A stretch of 64,000 bases of DNA from an uncultured Spirochaetia bacterium (GCA_937960645.1 CALGPJ010000009.1:4522-68521), one strand, 5' to 3'. Positions 38,086 to 48,531 are shown, counted from the stretch's first letter. The notes: generated from the letters alone by a model not told the origin. Numbers and translations: made by a program.

Positions 38086-39165
38086 CTATTCGGGAAAACC
38101 GGCGATACGGCCGCTGCCCAGGCATTGCTCTTCCTGGTAGAAAACACAAAACTGTCCGACGGCCAGACCGGTATCGTAACCGTCGAGGACGACCAGAGCC
38201 TGCCGCGGACTTCCCTCCGGGCTCGTGGCGGTATGGCGAACTTTGGCGGGGTAAAGGTGGGGACCATGGCGAACCTTAACCGTGCAGGAGCCTTCCGGAA
38301 TCGGTCCGCTCAACCCGTGCAGGTCCTCCACGATCAGGGCGTTGCGCCGCGCGAGGTCGATGTCCGCCGCATGGCTGAGCCACAACACGTTTTCTTCGAG
38401 GTTTTTTCCCGCCACATACCACGGGCCGCCGGACAGACCCAGCCCGCTGCGCTGCCCGAGGGTATAAAACCACAGACCGCGATGCCTCCCCACGATTTGC
38501 CCCGTACTCAAATTGACCATGGGCCCCGGATTCGTCCCCAGGTAGTGCTCCACGAACTTCCGATACGGAATCTTGCCCAAAAAACAGATGCCCTGACTGT
38601 CGGGCCTGTCCTTGTTGGGTAAATCCCACTCGTGCGCGAGCCGGCGAACCTCGGCCTTGGTGTAAGGGCCCAGCGGAAACTCGGCCATTTGCAACTGTTC
38701 CCGGGTCATCCGGCTCAAAAAATAGGTCTGGTCCTTGACCGGATCGCGGTTTCGATACAGCTTGGCCCCATCCGCCTCATGACGGACCACCGCATAATGT
38801 CCGGAAGCGACCCGGTCCCACCCCTCCGAAACTTTTTCGAGGAAGGCACCGAATTTGATGAGACGATTGCAAAAAAGATCGGGGCTGGGTGTGCCGCCCC
38901 GGCGTAGCTCCTGAACGGCGTACTCCACCACCCTTTCATGGTATTCCTTTTGCAGCGGAACGATCTGAAGGGGGACGTCGAGTCGGTCACAGACGGCCCG
39001 GGCATAGTAGAGGTCCTCTTCCCAGGGACAGGACCCCAGGTAGGAGACCTCGTCTTCCAGCCATATTTTCAGGTAAAAGGCGGTTACCGGGCGCCGCTCG
39101 CGAGCCAGAAGGCTCAAGGCCACGGAGCTGTCCACCCCGCCGCTGAGCAGGTGGGCTGTCTTCAT
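38086..39165 (-). CDS. mnmA: tRNA-specific 2-thiouridylase MnmA
   Basis: PP-loop SGGVDSSVA, conserved catalytic Cys region; start taken at ATG 39165 (MKTAHLLSGGVDSS). Confidence 0.9.
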   Translation of the reverse strand: MKTAHLLSGGVDSSVALSLLARERRPVTAFYLKIWLEDEVSYLGSCPWEEDLYYARAVCDRLDVPLQIVPLQKEYHERVVEYAVQELRRGGTPSPDLFCNRLIKFGAFLEKVSEGWDRVASGHYAVVRHEADGAKLYRNRDPVKDQTYFLSRMTREQLQMAEFPLGPYTKAEVRRLAHEWDLPNKDRPDSQGICFLGKIPYRKFVEHYLGTNPGPMVNLSTGQIVGRHRGLWFYTLGQRSGLGLSGGPWYVAGKNLEENVLWLSHAADIDLARRNALIVEDLHGLSGPIPEGSCTVKVRHGPHLYPAKVRHTATSPEGSPRQALVVLDGYDTGLAVGQFCVFYQEEQCLGSGRIAGFPE

Positions 39166-39325
39166 CGCCCTAAACAAAAACACAGCCCGACTTTTTTTTC
39201 AATCGTGGCTTGCCGCGAACATGGTTTCCGATTAACTTTATATATCGTCCGATACGGAGATGTTGGCGGCGCCGATTCTGGGCCACTTTTTTCAACGATT
39301 ACGTAGAGTTTCAGAGAGGTGGAAC

Positions 39326-40600
39326 ATGAATACTGATACCATCGGTCTTAGCGACATCGCCCTGCACTTGCCGGAGCCGCACATCGAACTGGAAAAAATC
39401 GTTTCGGAACGGGTGAAACAGGACCCCTCTCTCGAGAGGCACCTGGAACGGGCCCTCAAAGTCACGGGCCAGCGCGGGCTAAGGTTCACTCAAATCTTCG
39501 AGGACACCGCTACCATGGCGGCCCAGGCTTGTTTGAACCTCACCCAACGCGGCCAACTGAAACGAGACCATGTGCGCTTTTTGACCATCGGCACCGAGAC
39601 CGGTCTGGACATGAGCAAGGCCGCCTCCAGCTACGTTCTCGGTATGATGGAGAAGGCAGGTCTCCCCTTCCCCAAAAACCTCAGCACCTTCCAGGTTCAG
39701 CACGCGTGTGCGGGCGGAACCCTCAGCATGATCACCGTGGCCGGCTTCCTCCAGGCCGCCAGCCTGAACGGGGACACTGCCGTGATACTGACGAGCGACA
39801 TTGCCCGCTACCCGACCCCCAGTACCGCCGAAATCACCCAGGGAGCCGGAGCGACGGCCCTCATGATCAAACGCAATCCGGACCTCATCCGCTTCGATCT
39901 GGGGAGCGTGGGCTTTTTCAGCAAGGACACGGATGACTTTTTCCGCCCTCTCGGGAGCCCCGTCGCCATGGTCAAGGGCGGCTACTCGGTCCAGTGTTAT
40001 CACGAGAGCCTCATCGCTGCCTTCGAAGACCACTGCGATCGGCTGGGTGTCTCCCCCTCCGAGGAGTTAGCCTCGATCGATATCTTCGCCCTGCATGTGC
40101 CCTATTCGCTCCTGCCCGTCGGTGCCATGGAAAAGCTGCTGGCGAAGTATCTGGGAATGGACAAGGACACGGCCGATGCCTACCTCAAAGAAAAAGGATT
40201 TTTCCAGAGCGTGTATCCCACCAGCGAGGTCGGCAACATCTACACGGGTTCCCTGTTCCTGGGTCTGGCATGGACCTTAAAAGATCGCCACCAGTACTTT
40301 GGAGAATCGATCGTCGGCAAAAAGGTCATGATGGCCAGCTACGGCAGCGGCAACACCATGGCGGTCCTAACGGGAACGGTTGCCCCCAACGCACCAAACG
40401 TCATTCAGTCCTGGGACCTCGAGGGGGTAATGCGCCAGAGCTACGAGGCCAGCTTCGAGGAGTATGTGGAATGGACGCAGGCGTATCAAAGTCGACCCAT
40501 CCTGGCCGAGGCCATCGAAAAGAATCAACTCAAGCCCGGGAGTTTTTACCTGAAAAACCTGCGCGAAGACGGCTATCGTGAGTACGACTTCCGACAATAG
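39326..40600 (+). CDS. mvaS: hydroxymethylglutaryl-CoA synthase
   Basis: thiolase-fold condensing enzyme, active-site region HACAGGT, first gene of mevalonate operon; ATG 39326 with AGGTGG RBS. Confidence 0.8.
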   Translation: MNTDTIGLSDIALHLPEPHIELEKIVSERVKQDPSLERHLERALKVTGQRGLRFTQIFEDTATMAAQACLNLTQRGQLKRDHVRFLTIGTETGLDMSKAASSYVLGMMEKAGLPFPKNLSTFQVQHACAGGTLSMITVAGFLQAASLNGDTAVILTSDIARYPTPSTAEITQGAGATALMIKRNPDLIRFDLGSVGFFSKDTDDFFRPLGSPVAMVKGGYSVQCYHESLIAAFEDHCDRLGVSPSEELASIDIFALHVPYSLLPVGAMEKLLAKYLGMDKDTADAYLKEKGFFQSVYPTSEVGNIYTGSLFLGLAWTLKDRHQYFGESIVGKKVMMASYGSGNTMAVLTGTVAPNAPNVIQSWDLEGVMRQSYEASFEEYVEWTQAYQSRPILAEAIEKNQLKPGSFYLKNLREDGYREYDFRQ

Positions 40601-41627
40601 CACAGGGATTTCGCGGCGCAAGGCTCGTCACATCGAGGTCTGCGTCGCACGCACAGACCGAACCATCGAGTCCGGCAGTACCGGATTCGAGAGCATCAAA
40701 CTTCCCCATCGTGCCCTTCCGGAGATATCCTTCGACGAAATCGATCTCGATACTTTTTTTATTGATCGGATGGTCAAGCTCCCGATTTTCATCTCCTGCA
40801 TGACCGGCGGTTCGAGCGAAGGCCACCGAGCCAACAAGGAACTGGCCCGCGCGGCGCAGGAGCTGCGAATCCCCGTGGGAATGGGCTCCCACCGCATCCT
40901 GTTCGAACATCCCGAGTTGTTCGAGCATTTTTACCTGCGACCCCTGGCTCCCGATGTCCCCATCCTCAGCAACATTGGAGCGGTGCAGGTTCGGGACATC
41001 CCGCACGCCGACCTCATCGAAATGAATAAGCGCCTGGAGGTGGACGCGCAGGTTATCCATCTGAATCCCGCACAGGAACTGTTTCAGGAGAGCGGCGACC
41101 GCGACTTTCGGAAGCTGCGCGAGGCCATCGCCCGATTCATCGAAGCCTCCCCCCTACCCGTCATCGTGAAGGAAACCGGTTGCGGGCTCAGCCCCCAGGA
41201 GGCCCTGGATCTGGCCGGCCTGGGTGCCGCCTACGTGGACGTCGCCGGCCACGGTGGAACGAGCTGGATCCTGGTGGAGGCGGCCCGAGGCGAGGAGCAG
41301 GAATGGCAGGAGGCCCAGGATTTCCGGGACTGGGGCTGGCCCACGGCGGAGATCCTGCTCCATCTCCGGGGAGAGCCTCGCCTCGAGGGGCGGCTTCTGG
41401 CCAGCGGCGGCATCCGTACTGCCATGGATGTCGCTAAGGCCCTGTCCCTGGGGGCTTCACTGGCCGGCATGGCCCTTCCCCTGATTCGAGCAGTGATCGA
41501 AGGGGGATCCGCAGCGGTGGTCAGCCTGATTCGGCAAATCGAAAAAAACCTTCGGCGCGTCCTGCTCCTGACGGGATCGCGCACTCCCGGGGACCTTCGC
41601 CGGCTACCGATCCGCATTGTGAAGTGA
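40578..41627 (+). CDS. fni: isopentenyl-diphosphate delta-isomerase type 2 (FMN-dependent)
   Basis: RKARHIEVC N-terminal motif, CMTGGS, TIM-barrel FMN enzyme pattern; GTG start. Confidence 0.85.
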   Translation: MSTTSDNSTGISRRKARHIEVCVARTDRTIESGSTGFESIKLPHRALPEISFDEIDLDTFFIDRMVKLPIFISCMTGGSSEGHRANKELARAAQELRIPVGMGSHRILFEHPELFEHFYLRPLAPDVPILSNIGAVQVRDIPHADLIEMNKRLEVDAQVIHLNPAQELFQESGDRDFRKLREAIARFIEASPLPVIVKETGCGLSPQEALDLAGLGAAYVDVAGHGGTSWILVEAARGEEQEWQEAQDFRDWGWPTAEILLHLRGEPRLEGRLLASGGIRTAMDVAKALSLGASLAGMALPLIRAVIEGGSAAVVSLIRQIEKNLRRVLLLTGSRTPGDLRRLPIRIVK

Positions 41628-41634
41628 GTTGCCC

Positions 41635-42768
41635 ATGGCAGGAGAACTCCCCCCGTCGTTTCGAAAGATGCCGGCCCAACGGCGGCGCGAGGTCCTGCTT
41701 CAGCTTTACCCTCAGTCCGATACCGAGCCTACCCAAGACCTCGATTGGGCGGACCGCCTCGTCGAAAACGCCTTCGGTTGGCGCCCCCTGCCCCTCGGCC
41801 TGGTCCCCGACTTCCCGGTAAACGGCAAAACCTACCACCTTCCTCTTGCCACCGAGGAGCCCTCGGTCATCGCCGCCGCGAGCTTCAGCGGCCGCATGCT
41901 GGCCCGCCACGGCGGTATTCGCGCCGAGGCCACACCGGCCATCCTTCGCGGCCAACTCTTTCTCGAGGGGGCCGATTTCGGCCGCTGGCCCGAGGTCCGT
42001 GTTCGGATCCAGGACCTGGCCGCCGAGGGGCTTGTCAGCATGAGCCGGCGCGGCGGCGGGCTTCGGAAGGTGGAGGGCGAACAGCTGGCCAACGGTTTGA
42101 CCCTCCTGACCTTTTGGGTCGATGTGTGCGACGCCCAGGGGGCCAACGTCGTGAACACGCTTTTAGAGGGGCTCGTGCCCAAAACAGAAGAACTTCTGGG
42201 TGGGAAGCGGCTCATGGCCATCCTGTCCAACAACAGCCCCGAGCGCCTGGGTCGCGCCGAGTTCTCGATTCCTATCGAGCACCTGGCCCGTTCCGGCTTC
42301 AGCGGCCCGGAAATGGCCCGCCGCCTCTGCCTTGCCAGCGAGGCCGCCCAACTGAGCACCGACCGGGCCGTCACCCACAACAAGGGCATCATGAACGGCG
42401 TCACGGCCCTGGCCCTGGCCACCGGCAACGACACGCGGGCCCTCGAGGCGGCCGTCCACGCCTACGCCGCCAGGAACGGGGGCTACCAGCCACTCAGCCG
42501 CTACCGCTCTGAAAACGGCCAATTGATCGGCATGCTGGAAATGCCCCTTCCCCTGGCCACAGTGGGCGGTGGTACCCGATCGCTGCCGCAAAGCGGACTG
42601 ATCTGGGATATCCTGGGAATCACGCGGGCGACCGAGCTCATGGAAGTGGCCGCTGCCCTCGGCCTGGCCCAAAACTTCGCGGCCCTGATGGCCCTCTGTG
42701 CCGAAGGCATCCAGAGCGGCCACATGAAACTTCACCAACGCCGGTTGACCGGGGACGAGAAACCATGA
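41635..42768 (+). CDS. mvaA: hydroxymethylglutaryl-CoA reductase (class II)
   Basis: ENAFGWRPLPLGLVPDFPVNGKTYHLPLATEEPSVIAAAS matches class II HMGR core. Confidence 0.85.
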   Translation: MAGELPPSFRKMPAQRRREVLLQLYPQSDTEPTQDLDWADRLVENAFGWRPLPLGLVPDFPVNGKTYHLPLATEEPSVIAAASFSGRMLARHGGIRAEATPAILRGQLFLEGADFGRWPEVRVRIQDLAAEGLVSMSRRGGGLRKVEGEQLANGLTLLTFWVDVCDAQGANVVNTLLEGLVPKTEELLGGKRLMAILSNNSPERLGRAEFSIPIEHLARSGFSGPEMARRLCLASEAAQLSTDRAVTHNKGIMNGVTALALATGNDTRALEAAVHAYAARNGGYQPLSRYRSENGQLIGMLEMPLPLATVGGGTRSLPQSGLIWDILGITRATELMEVAAALGLAQNFAALMALCAEGIQSGHMKLHQRRLTGDEKP

Positions 42769-43724
42769 CGGGGGTCCGAGCCATCGCCCATCCCAGCCTG
42801 GCCCTCATCAAGTACTGGGGCAAGATCCCCGGCGGCATCAACCTGCCCGCCACCCCAAGCCTCGCCCTGACCCTCGGGGGTCTGGCAACCACCACCACCG
42901 TGACCCTGGCCGATGAGGATCGGTTCGTCCTCGACGGTATCGAACGGGAGGATGCCAAGGTGGCCGAGTTTCTGGACCGAATCCGCCGCCTCAGCGGCTT
43001 TTCGGGGCATGTTCACATCGATTCCCACAACGATTTTCCGACCGCCGCGGGACTGGCCTCGAGCGCCTCTGGTTTTGCTGCCCTGGCCGGCGCGCTCTGG
43101 GCCCTCATCCGTCAGGAAGAGCCCGACCCCGTCCAACTGAGCGAGTGGGCCAGGCTGGGAAGCGGCAGCGCTTGCCGTTCGGTCTATGGCGGCTGGACGA
43201 CCTGGGACCAGGGGGCCACCGAGGCCCAGACGCTCGCGACAGCGGACCACTGGCCCGAGGTGCGCGTGATCCTCTTTGTTGTCTCTTCGGCTGCCAAGCC
43301 CCTGGGCAGCCGGGAAGCCATGAACCGGACGCGGGATACCAGCCCCTACTACCCGGCATGGATCGAGGACGCACCCCGGCTCTACGCGGAAGCCAAAACG
43401 CACCTCCTGCAGAAAAACTGGCAGGGTCTGGGCGAGGCCATGCGGCTCAGCTACCTGCGCATGTTTGCCAGCATGTTTGCAGCCCGTCCACCGGTGGTTT
43501 ACTGGCTGCCCACCTCGGTGGCCCTCCTCCATCTGGCCCAGGAGTTACGGGAACAGGGTCTGGGCGTCTACGAGACCATGGACGCCGGGCCTCAGGTCAA
43601 GTTCTTCTGCCGGCAGTCCGAGGTGGAAACCGTGGTTCAGTCCGTCCACGAGCGCCTGGGTCCGCTGCCCTACCTCGTGAGCTCAGCGGGTGAAGGGCTG
43701 AGGGTCCAGGCATGGTCCGGCTAA
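42765..43724 (+). CDS. mvaD: diphosphomevalonate decarboxylase
   Basis: LALIKYWGK N-terminal motif, GHMP-kinase fold; ATGA overlap with mvaA. Confidence 0.85.
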   Translation: MTGVRAIAHPSLALIKYWGKIPGGINLPATPSLALTLGGLATTTTVTLADEDRFVLDGIEREDAKVAEFLDRIRRLSGFSGHVHIDSHNDFPTAAGLASSASGFAALAGALWALIRQEEPDPVQLSEWARLGSGSACRSVYGGWTTWDQGATEAQTLATADHWPEVRVILFVVSSAAKPLGSREAMNRTRDTSPYYPAWIEDAPRLYAEAKTHLLQKNWQGLGEAMRLSYLRMFASMFAARPPVVYWLPTSVALLHLAQELREQGLGVYETMDAGPQVKFFCRQSEVETVVQSVHERLGPLPYLVSSAGEGLRVQAWSG

Positions 43725-44614
43725 GCGCCCCGGGCAACCTTCTCCTTGCTGGAGAATACGCGGTCCTCGAAGAGGGCGGCCTGGGGCTATGCCTTGCCCC
43801 CGAGGTTCGGGCCACCCTGGCGATCGAACCGGCGCCGGACTGGGAAGTCGAATTCCGTTACGAGGCCCGCTGCGATGTCTGGCGGGGCGAGGGTCCCCTG
43901 CCCCCGCTTCTGCAAGCCCTCGCCTCGGTGCTGGGTGAACTCCCCAGGGCTCGACTTGTCCTGGATACCACCGCTTTCAGCCCAAACGGACAAAAAACCG
44001 GCCTGGGCTCCAGTGCCGCGGCCGCCCTGCTATTGACCGCAGGCTTTGACCACATACTTCACGGCGAGCGTGCGGATGTGGATGTCCTGGCCCCCCTGGC
44101 GGTGCGCACTCACCGCCACTTTCAGGGCGGCCGGGGGAGCGGCTACGACGTGATGTGCAGCGCCTGGGGGGGCTTGACCCTGTTCCGGGGAGGCGAAACC
44201 CCTTCGGCCCGCCGCCTCGATCTGGGCTGGCTACCGGGGCCGGCCCTCGTTTCCGGCCTCGATCCTGTCAGCACCCCCGCCGCCGTCCTCTCTTACCGGG
44301 AATGGAAAGAAGGGCATCCGCAACAGGCTGCCCACTACCTGGAGCGCAACAACACCCTGATCTCCCAGCTGGCCAATGCCGATTCGTTGGAGGCGGCCCT
44401 TCCCCTGCTGCGCGATCTATCCGAGCTGTCCCGCCAATTGGGCCGCCAGCTGGGCCGGCCCGCCGAGGTGCCGCCGCAACTGAAAACCTTTCTATTCGCC
44501 AAGGCCCTGGGAGCTGGGGACGAGCTGTTCTGGGTTCTGGATCAACCGGAGAGGCTACAAGCCTTCGGACTCGGATCCTTGGACATCGCCTGGGAGGGGC
44601 TGCGGTGGGAATAG
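43712..44614 (+). CDS. mvaK2: phosphomevalonate kinase (GHMP kinase)
   Basis: SAPGNLLLAGEYAVLE (PMK APGK..L.GEY.VL motif), GLGSSAA ATP-binding motif. Confidence 0.8.
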   Translation: MVRLSAPGNLLLAGEYAVLEEGGLGLCLAPEVRATLAIEPAPDWEVEFRYEARCDVWRGEGPLPPLLQALASVLGELPRARLVLDTTAFSPNGQKTGLGSSAAAALLLTAGFDHILHGERADVDVLAPLAVRTHRHFQGGRGSGYDVMCSAWGGLTLFRGGETPSARRLDLGWLPGPALVSGLDPVSTPAAVLSYREWKEGHPQQAAHYLERNNTLISQLANADSLEAALPLLRDLSELSRQLGRQLGRPAEVPPQLKTFLFAKALGAGDELFWVLDQPERLQAFGLGSLDIAWEGLRWE

Positions 44615-45504
44615 CTCACGCCAAGCTCCTGCTCTTCGGGGAACACGCCGTGGTTCAGGGCTACCCGGCCCTCGGCCTGGGTCTTCCCCTGAGGCTGAGG
44701 GCCGCCTATCGGGGGCCGGCTCAGGACTGGTCGGTCGAGGGGCTGCCCCCGGAGTTTCAGGAGCAGGTGCTGGGGGCCGTTCGGCGCCTGATCGAGGCCT
44801 ATCCCCCTGACTGCTCCCCGGGTGTGCTGTGTTTCCAAAGTGAGATTCCGCCGGCAAGCGGACTGGGATCGAGTGCGGCCCTGTGCAGCGCCCTGGTGGC
44901 CCAATTCTATCCCGAACTCTCCCCCACGGAACATTGGCGGCGGGCCCTGCACGCGGAAAACTACTTTCATGGCAAATCGAGCGGGGTCGACGTGGCCCTC
45001 GCCATGCGTGAAGGGCTGTGGTTGTTCGAGCCCAGATCGGAAGGACCGCTGTTGACCGAGGTAACCTGTCCGCCCCTGGCCCTGGTGATCGGCAGCCTTC
45101 GCCGACGGGCCGAGGCCAAATCTCTGATCCTGGACATCCATGGCAGGGCTCAGGCAAAGGAGGGCCGTGTTCTTTCTCTGTTGCAATTCCTGGGACAATC
45201 AGCGAGCAGGGCCGCAGAACTGTTGCAAAGATCCCCACCCGCCATCGAGGAAGTCGGCCGGCTTGCCACTGAAAATCAGAAAATCCTGGAGAGCCTCGGA
45301 CTGGGGCACCCATCCTGGGAAGAACTGCAATCGACGGCAATCAGAGCGGGGACCGTCGGCGGCAAATGGAGCGGGGCGGGAGGTGGTGGTGCCTTTTGGT
45401 TTCTCTACACCGACCCGGGAACCGCTCGCAGGGCCGCCTCAAAGCTGCGCCGAGCTCGTCACATCGAATGGCTTTTGGAACCCCGAGAGCTCATTCTCGA
45501 ATAG
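44605..45504 (+). CDS. mvaK1: mevalonate kinase (GHMP kinase)
   Basis: AKLLLFGEHAVVQG (MVK K.ILFGEHAVV motif), GLGSSAA; GTG start overlapping PMK stop. Confidence 0.8.
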   Translation: MGIAHAKLLLFGEHAVVQGYPALGLGLPLRLRAAYRGPAQDWSVEGLPPEFQEQVLGAVRRLIEAYPPDCSPGVLCFQSEIPPASGLGSSAALCSALVAQFYPELSPTEHWRRALHAENYFHGKSSGVDVALAMREGLWLFEPRSEGPLLTEVTCPPLALVIGSLRRRAEAKSLILDIHGRAQAKEGRVLSLLQFLGQSASRAAELLQRSPPAIEEVGRLATENQKILESLGLGHPSWEELQSTAIRAGTVGGKWSGAGGGGAFWFLYTDPGTARRAASKLRRARHIEWLLEPRELILE

Positions 45505-45805
45505 CAAAGGAAATGAAGGTGGTCGGCCCCTGTTCCTGCAGCTCGATGAAGGCCATCAAGCCCAGCGAGCCCTTTTTCCCTTCGGTATTGAAATAGAAGG
45601 GGCGACTGGTGGCATGATCCAGGGCACTGGCCTTTTCGATGAAATCGACCCAGAGAAGGCCTGGTTCGTTCATGGCTTCGAGCACCTTGTCCTCCACCAG
45701 AACTTCCATGTTCCCGTCGGGGTGTTCGAATCGGGGAAGGTACACGAGATAGTTGGATTCTATGGCGCGTTTTCTGTTTCTTTTCATCATTCCCCCCTTC
45801 TTCAT
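45491..45805 (-). CDS. hypothetical small protein (104 aa)
   Basis: ORF only; the longer 201-aa version overlaps the next gene and its N-terminal half looks non-coding. Confidence 0.3.
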   Translation of the reverse strand: MKKGGMMKRNRKRAIESNYLVYLPRFEHPDGNMEVLVEDKVLEAMNEPGLLWVDFIEKASALDHATSRPFYFNTEGKKGSLGLMAFIELQEQGPTTFISFAIRE

Positions 45806-45922
45806 GATAACCACATCGCCGACAATTGACCAGTCTTTACGAACGGCATTCAACCTACCTCCAAAACCGATCGGGCGATTTGCCAAACTGGAAAACACCC
45901 GAAGCGATACTATAATAAACGC

Positions 45923-47893
45923 ATGAAAACAGCTTTTTTGGGAATGTTGGTCCTTGGCGGAATGTCCGCCCTCCTTGCCCAGGAAAACCTGCCGGTTACC
46001 AGGGTGGTGCTGTTCACCAACGGCGTCGCCTACGTCGAGCACAGCGGGGCGGTTCAAGGTGACGCCAATCTCAGTCTCAGCTTCAAGGTCAGTCAAATCA
46101 ACGACCTTCTCAAAAGCCTCGTCCTCATCGACGAGGGCGGAACAGTCGATGGGGTGCGCTACCCTTCCCAGGAGCCCCTGAGCCGGGTTCTGGGGAGTTT
46201 TTCGATCAACCTTCAGGGAGTCTCCGACATTGCCGGCCTTTTGGAGCGTCTGCGCGGCGCCGAAGTCACCCTCAGCTCTCCGAGTGCGATCACCGGCCGC
46301 ATCGTGGGCGTGGAGAGTCGCCAGACGGCCCGAGAGGGCGTGGCGGTCTCCGAGTTCTACGTCAATTTATGGACATCCACCGGACTGCAAAGCCTTCCCC
46401 TGCGTACCGTCACGGCCATCCAACCCACCGACCCCCGTTTAAGAGAAGAGTTCCAGAACGCCCTGCAGCTCATCTCCCAATCGCGCAACGACGACAAGAA
46501 AACCATCGAAATTGGCTTCCGTGGCCGGGGAAGACGCAACGTTCGCATCGGTTACATCACCGAAGCTCCAGTTTGGAAAACATCCTACCGGCTGGACCTC
46601 GGTGCCAACAAAGCTTATCTTCAGGCCTGGGCCATCGTAGAAAACGTCACCGAACAAGACTGGATCAACGTCAAACTCAGTTTGGTGAGCGGCCGCCCCA
46701 ACAGCTTCATCCAGGATCTCTATTCGCCGGTGTACAGTCCCCGTCCCGTCATCCGACCCCAAACAGCCCAAAACCTGGCGCCCCTCGCCCCGCCCCCCGG
46801 CATGGAGGCAGATAGAAATATGGTGGCGGAAAGCGCCCCGATGTCCGCGCCGGCACCTGCGCCGTCCACCACTCGCGGTCGAGAACCCGCCCCCCTCCGT
46901 CTGCAGGACAGCGGCGTGACGGCCCAGGCAACCGGGGAGATCAGCGGTGAGCTTTTTCAGTTTACCGTCGCCAACCCTGTCCAACTGCCCCGCCGCCAGA
47001 GCGCCTTGATTCCCCTGTTCACCGGGGACATTCAGGCGGAAAAGGTCAGTTACTACAACCCCTCGCGCCATGCCAACACCTTCAATGCGGTCCTGCTCAC
47101 CAATTCCACGAACACCGATTTTCCCGGCGGGGCCTTCACCGTGCTCGAGGGCGGCTCCTACGCCGGCGATGCCCTGGTGGAGAACCTGCCCCGGCAGCAA
47201 AAACGGATTCTGACCTACGGGATCGATCTGAAACTCCGGGTGCAATCCGAGGAAACCCAGGAATCCCTCATCACGAGTGTCAAAATCGTTCAGGGGGTTA
47301 TGAGCATCCAGCGGCGGCAATCCTTCACCCGGCTGTATCGACTGGCCAACTCCGGCGAGGGCAGGCGGGTCCTCCTGCTCGACCACCCCATCCGGGGTGG
47401 AAGCACGCTCCGCCAGCCTGCTCAATTCGAGCAAAAAACGGCAACCGATTACCGATTCCGAATCGATGTCCCCAAAACCGAGGGAGAAACCTTCAAAGTC
47501 GTCGAAGAGATGCCCGTCGCCGAGAACTTCACTCTCCTGAACTTTTCCCGGGGCCAGTTCCTGAGCTATACCTCCAATCAGGAAATCAGCCCGAGGGTAC
47601 GCGAGGCCCTGCAGCGGGCTGCCGACATCAGGGGCCGCATCGAGACCCTGGCCCAGGACATCCGGGAGCTCGAGCGGCAGCGCAACCAGGTCATCGCCAA
47701 CCAGCAGCGGACGCGGGACAATCTGGCCTCCGTTGGCCGCGAGACCTCCCAGGGCCGCCGCTTTCTGGACCAGCTGATGCAGCAGGAGGACCAGATCGAA
47801 AACTTCGGAAAACAGATCAACGACAAAAATGAATCGCAAAAATCGACCCAGCAGGAACTGGAGCGCTACCTGAGCACCCTGAACGTGGAATAA
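45923..47893 (+). CDS. DUF4139/DUF4140 (mucoidy-inhibitor MuiA-like) secreted protein
   Basis: signal peptide, 656 aa, family-level similarity to DUF4139 proteins, C-terminal coiled coil; TATAAT 6 nt upstream of ATG. Confidence 0.55.
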   Translation: MKTAFLGMLVLGGMSALLAQENLPVTRVVLFTNGVAYVEHSGAVQGDANLSLSFKVSQINDLLKSLVLIDEGGTVDGVRYPSQEPLSRVLGSFSINLQGVSDIAGLLERLRGAEVTLSSPSAITGRIVGVESRQTAREGVAVSEFYVNLWTSTGLQSLPLRTVTAIQPTDPRLREEFQNALQLISQSRNDDKKTIEIGFRGRGRRNVRIGYITEAPVWKTSYRLDLGANKAYLQAWAIVENVTEQDWINVKLSLVSGRPNSFIQDLYSPVYSPRPVIRPQTAQNLAPLAPPPGMEADRNMVAESAPMSAPAPAPSTTRGREPAPLRLQDSGVTAQATGEISGELFQFTVANPVQLPRRQSALIPLFTGDIQAEKVSYYNPSRHANTFNAVLLTNSTNTDFPGGAFTVLEGGSYAGDALVENLPRQQKRILTYGIDLKLRVQSEETQESLITSVKIVQGVMSIQRRQSFTRLYRLANSGEGRRVLLLDHPIRGGSTLRQPAQFEQKTATDYRFRIDVPKTEGETFKVVEEMPVAENFTLLNFSRGQFLSYTSNQEISPRVREALQRAADIRGRIETLAQDIRELERQRNQVIANQQRTRDNLASVGRETSQGRRFLDQLMQQEDQIENFGKQINDKNESQKSTQQELERYLSTLNVE

Positions 47894-48531
47894 TGTGTTA
47901 CAACCTGGCCGTAGAAGCCACCCGACACCGCTTCCAGCAAGACTTCGGTTGGGATCCGGGTGAGGGCTTTTTGTCGGCTGCACGGTTGAGCGCCTTCGAT
48001 CATCCGCTTATCCCCGCCCTTCGCCTCGAGGGCAGCGCCCGTCGGTGGCAGCTGGCACGCTGGGGTCTGCCCGCACTCCCCGCGGGTTCCGCTGGCAGCA
48101 AGGACCTTTACAATGCCCGATGGGAGACCGCACACCAGAAACCCAGCTTTCGGGATGCCTACCATCGGGGACGAATGGTCCTGGTGGTAACCGGATTTTG
48201 GGAATGGAGGTCTGTCCCTGGACGGAGCACAAAGCAGCTGGTGCAGATCACGCCCCCAACCCATTGGCTGTTTCTGGCAGCCCTCGGGTCAACATCGGCC
48301 CCCGGTGTCTCCCCCAATTTTACCCTCCTCACCGTTGCAGCCTTCGGACCCATGGCAGACTTTCACGACCGCATGCCCCTGGCCCTGAATCCCGCATCTC
48401 TGGATTCCTGGCTGGCCGAACCCGATCGTGCACAAATCGAGGAAGAGGCCCGAACCCAGGCCCGGGGTTGGAAGATCACAGCACCGGTTCGGGATGATGG
48501 CCCGCGTGGACTGTTTGATGATCCCCCCTGA
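47893..48531 (+). CDS. SOS-response-associated peptidase (SRAP/YedK, abasic-site DNA-protein crosslink enzyme)
   Basis: starts MC (Cys2 nucleophile) and family-level similarity to SRAP/DUF159; TAATG overlap with the upstream gene. Confidence 0.8.
   Translation: MCYNLAVEATRHRFQQDFGWDPGEGFLSAARLSAFDHPLIPALRLEGSARRWQLARWGLPALPAGSAGSKDLYNARWETAHQKPSFRDAYHRGRMVLVVTGFWEWRSVPGRSTKQLVQITPPTHWLFLAALGSTSAPGVSPNFTLLTVAAFGPMADFHDRMPLALNPASLDSWLAEPDRAQIEEEARTQARGWKITAPVRDDGPRGLFDDPP

Noticed and set aside
41745-42512. 255-aa + ORF and several Arg/Pro-rich ORFs overlapping the mevalonate operon
   Set aside because: These are alternate-frame artefacts inside well-supported mvaA/mvaD/mvaK coding regions.
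45491-46096. Long (201-aa) version of the small minus-strand ORF
   Set aside because: Its N-terminal half overlaps the start of the DUF4139 gene and looks non-coding. It was trimmed to the 104-aa version from ATG 45805 and kept only at low confidence.
46439-47983. 514-aa minus-strand ORF
   Set aside because: Antisense to the DUF4139 gene. It spans the DUF4139 gene and the SRAP gene start with no domain signal.
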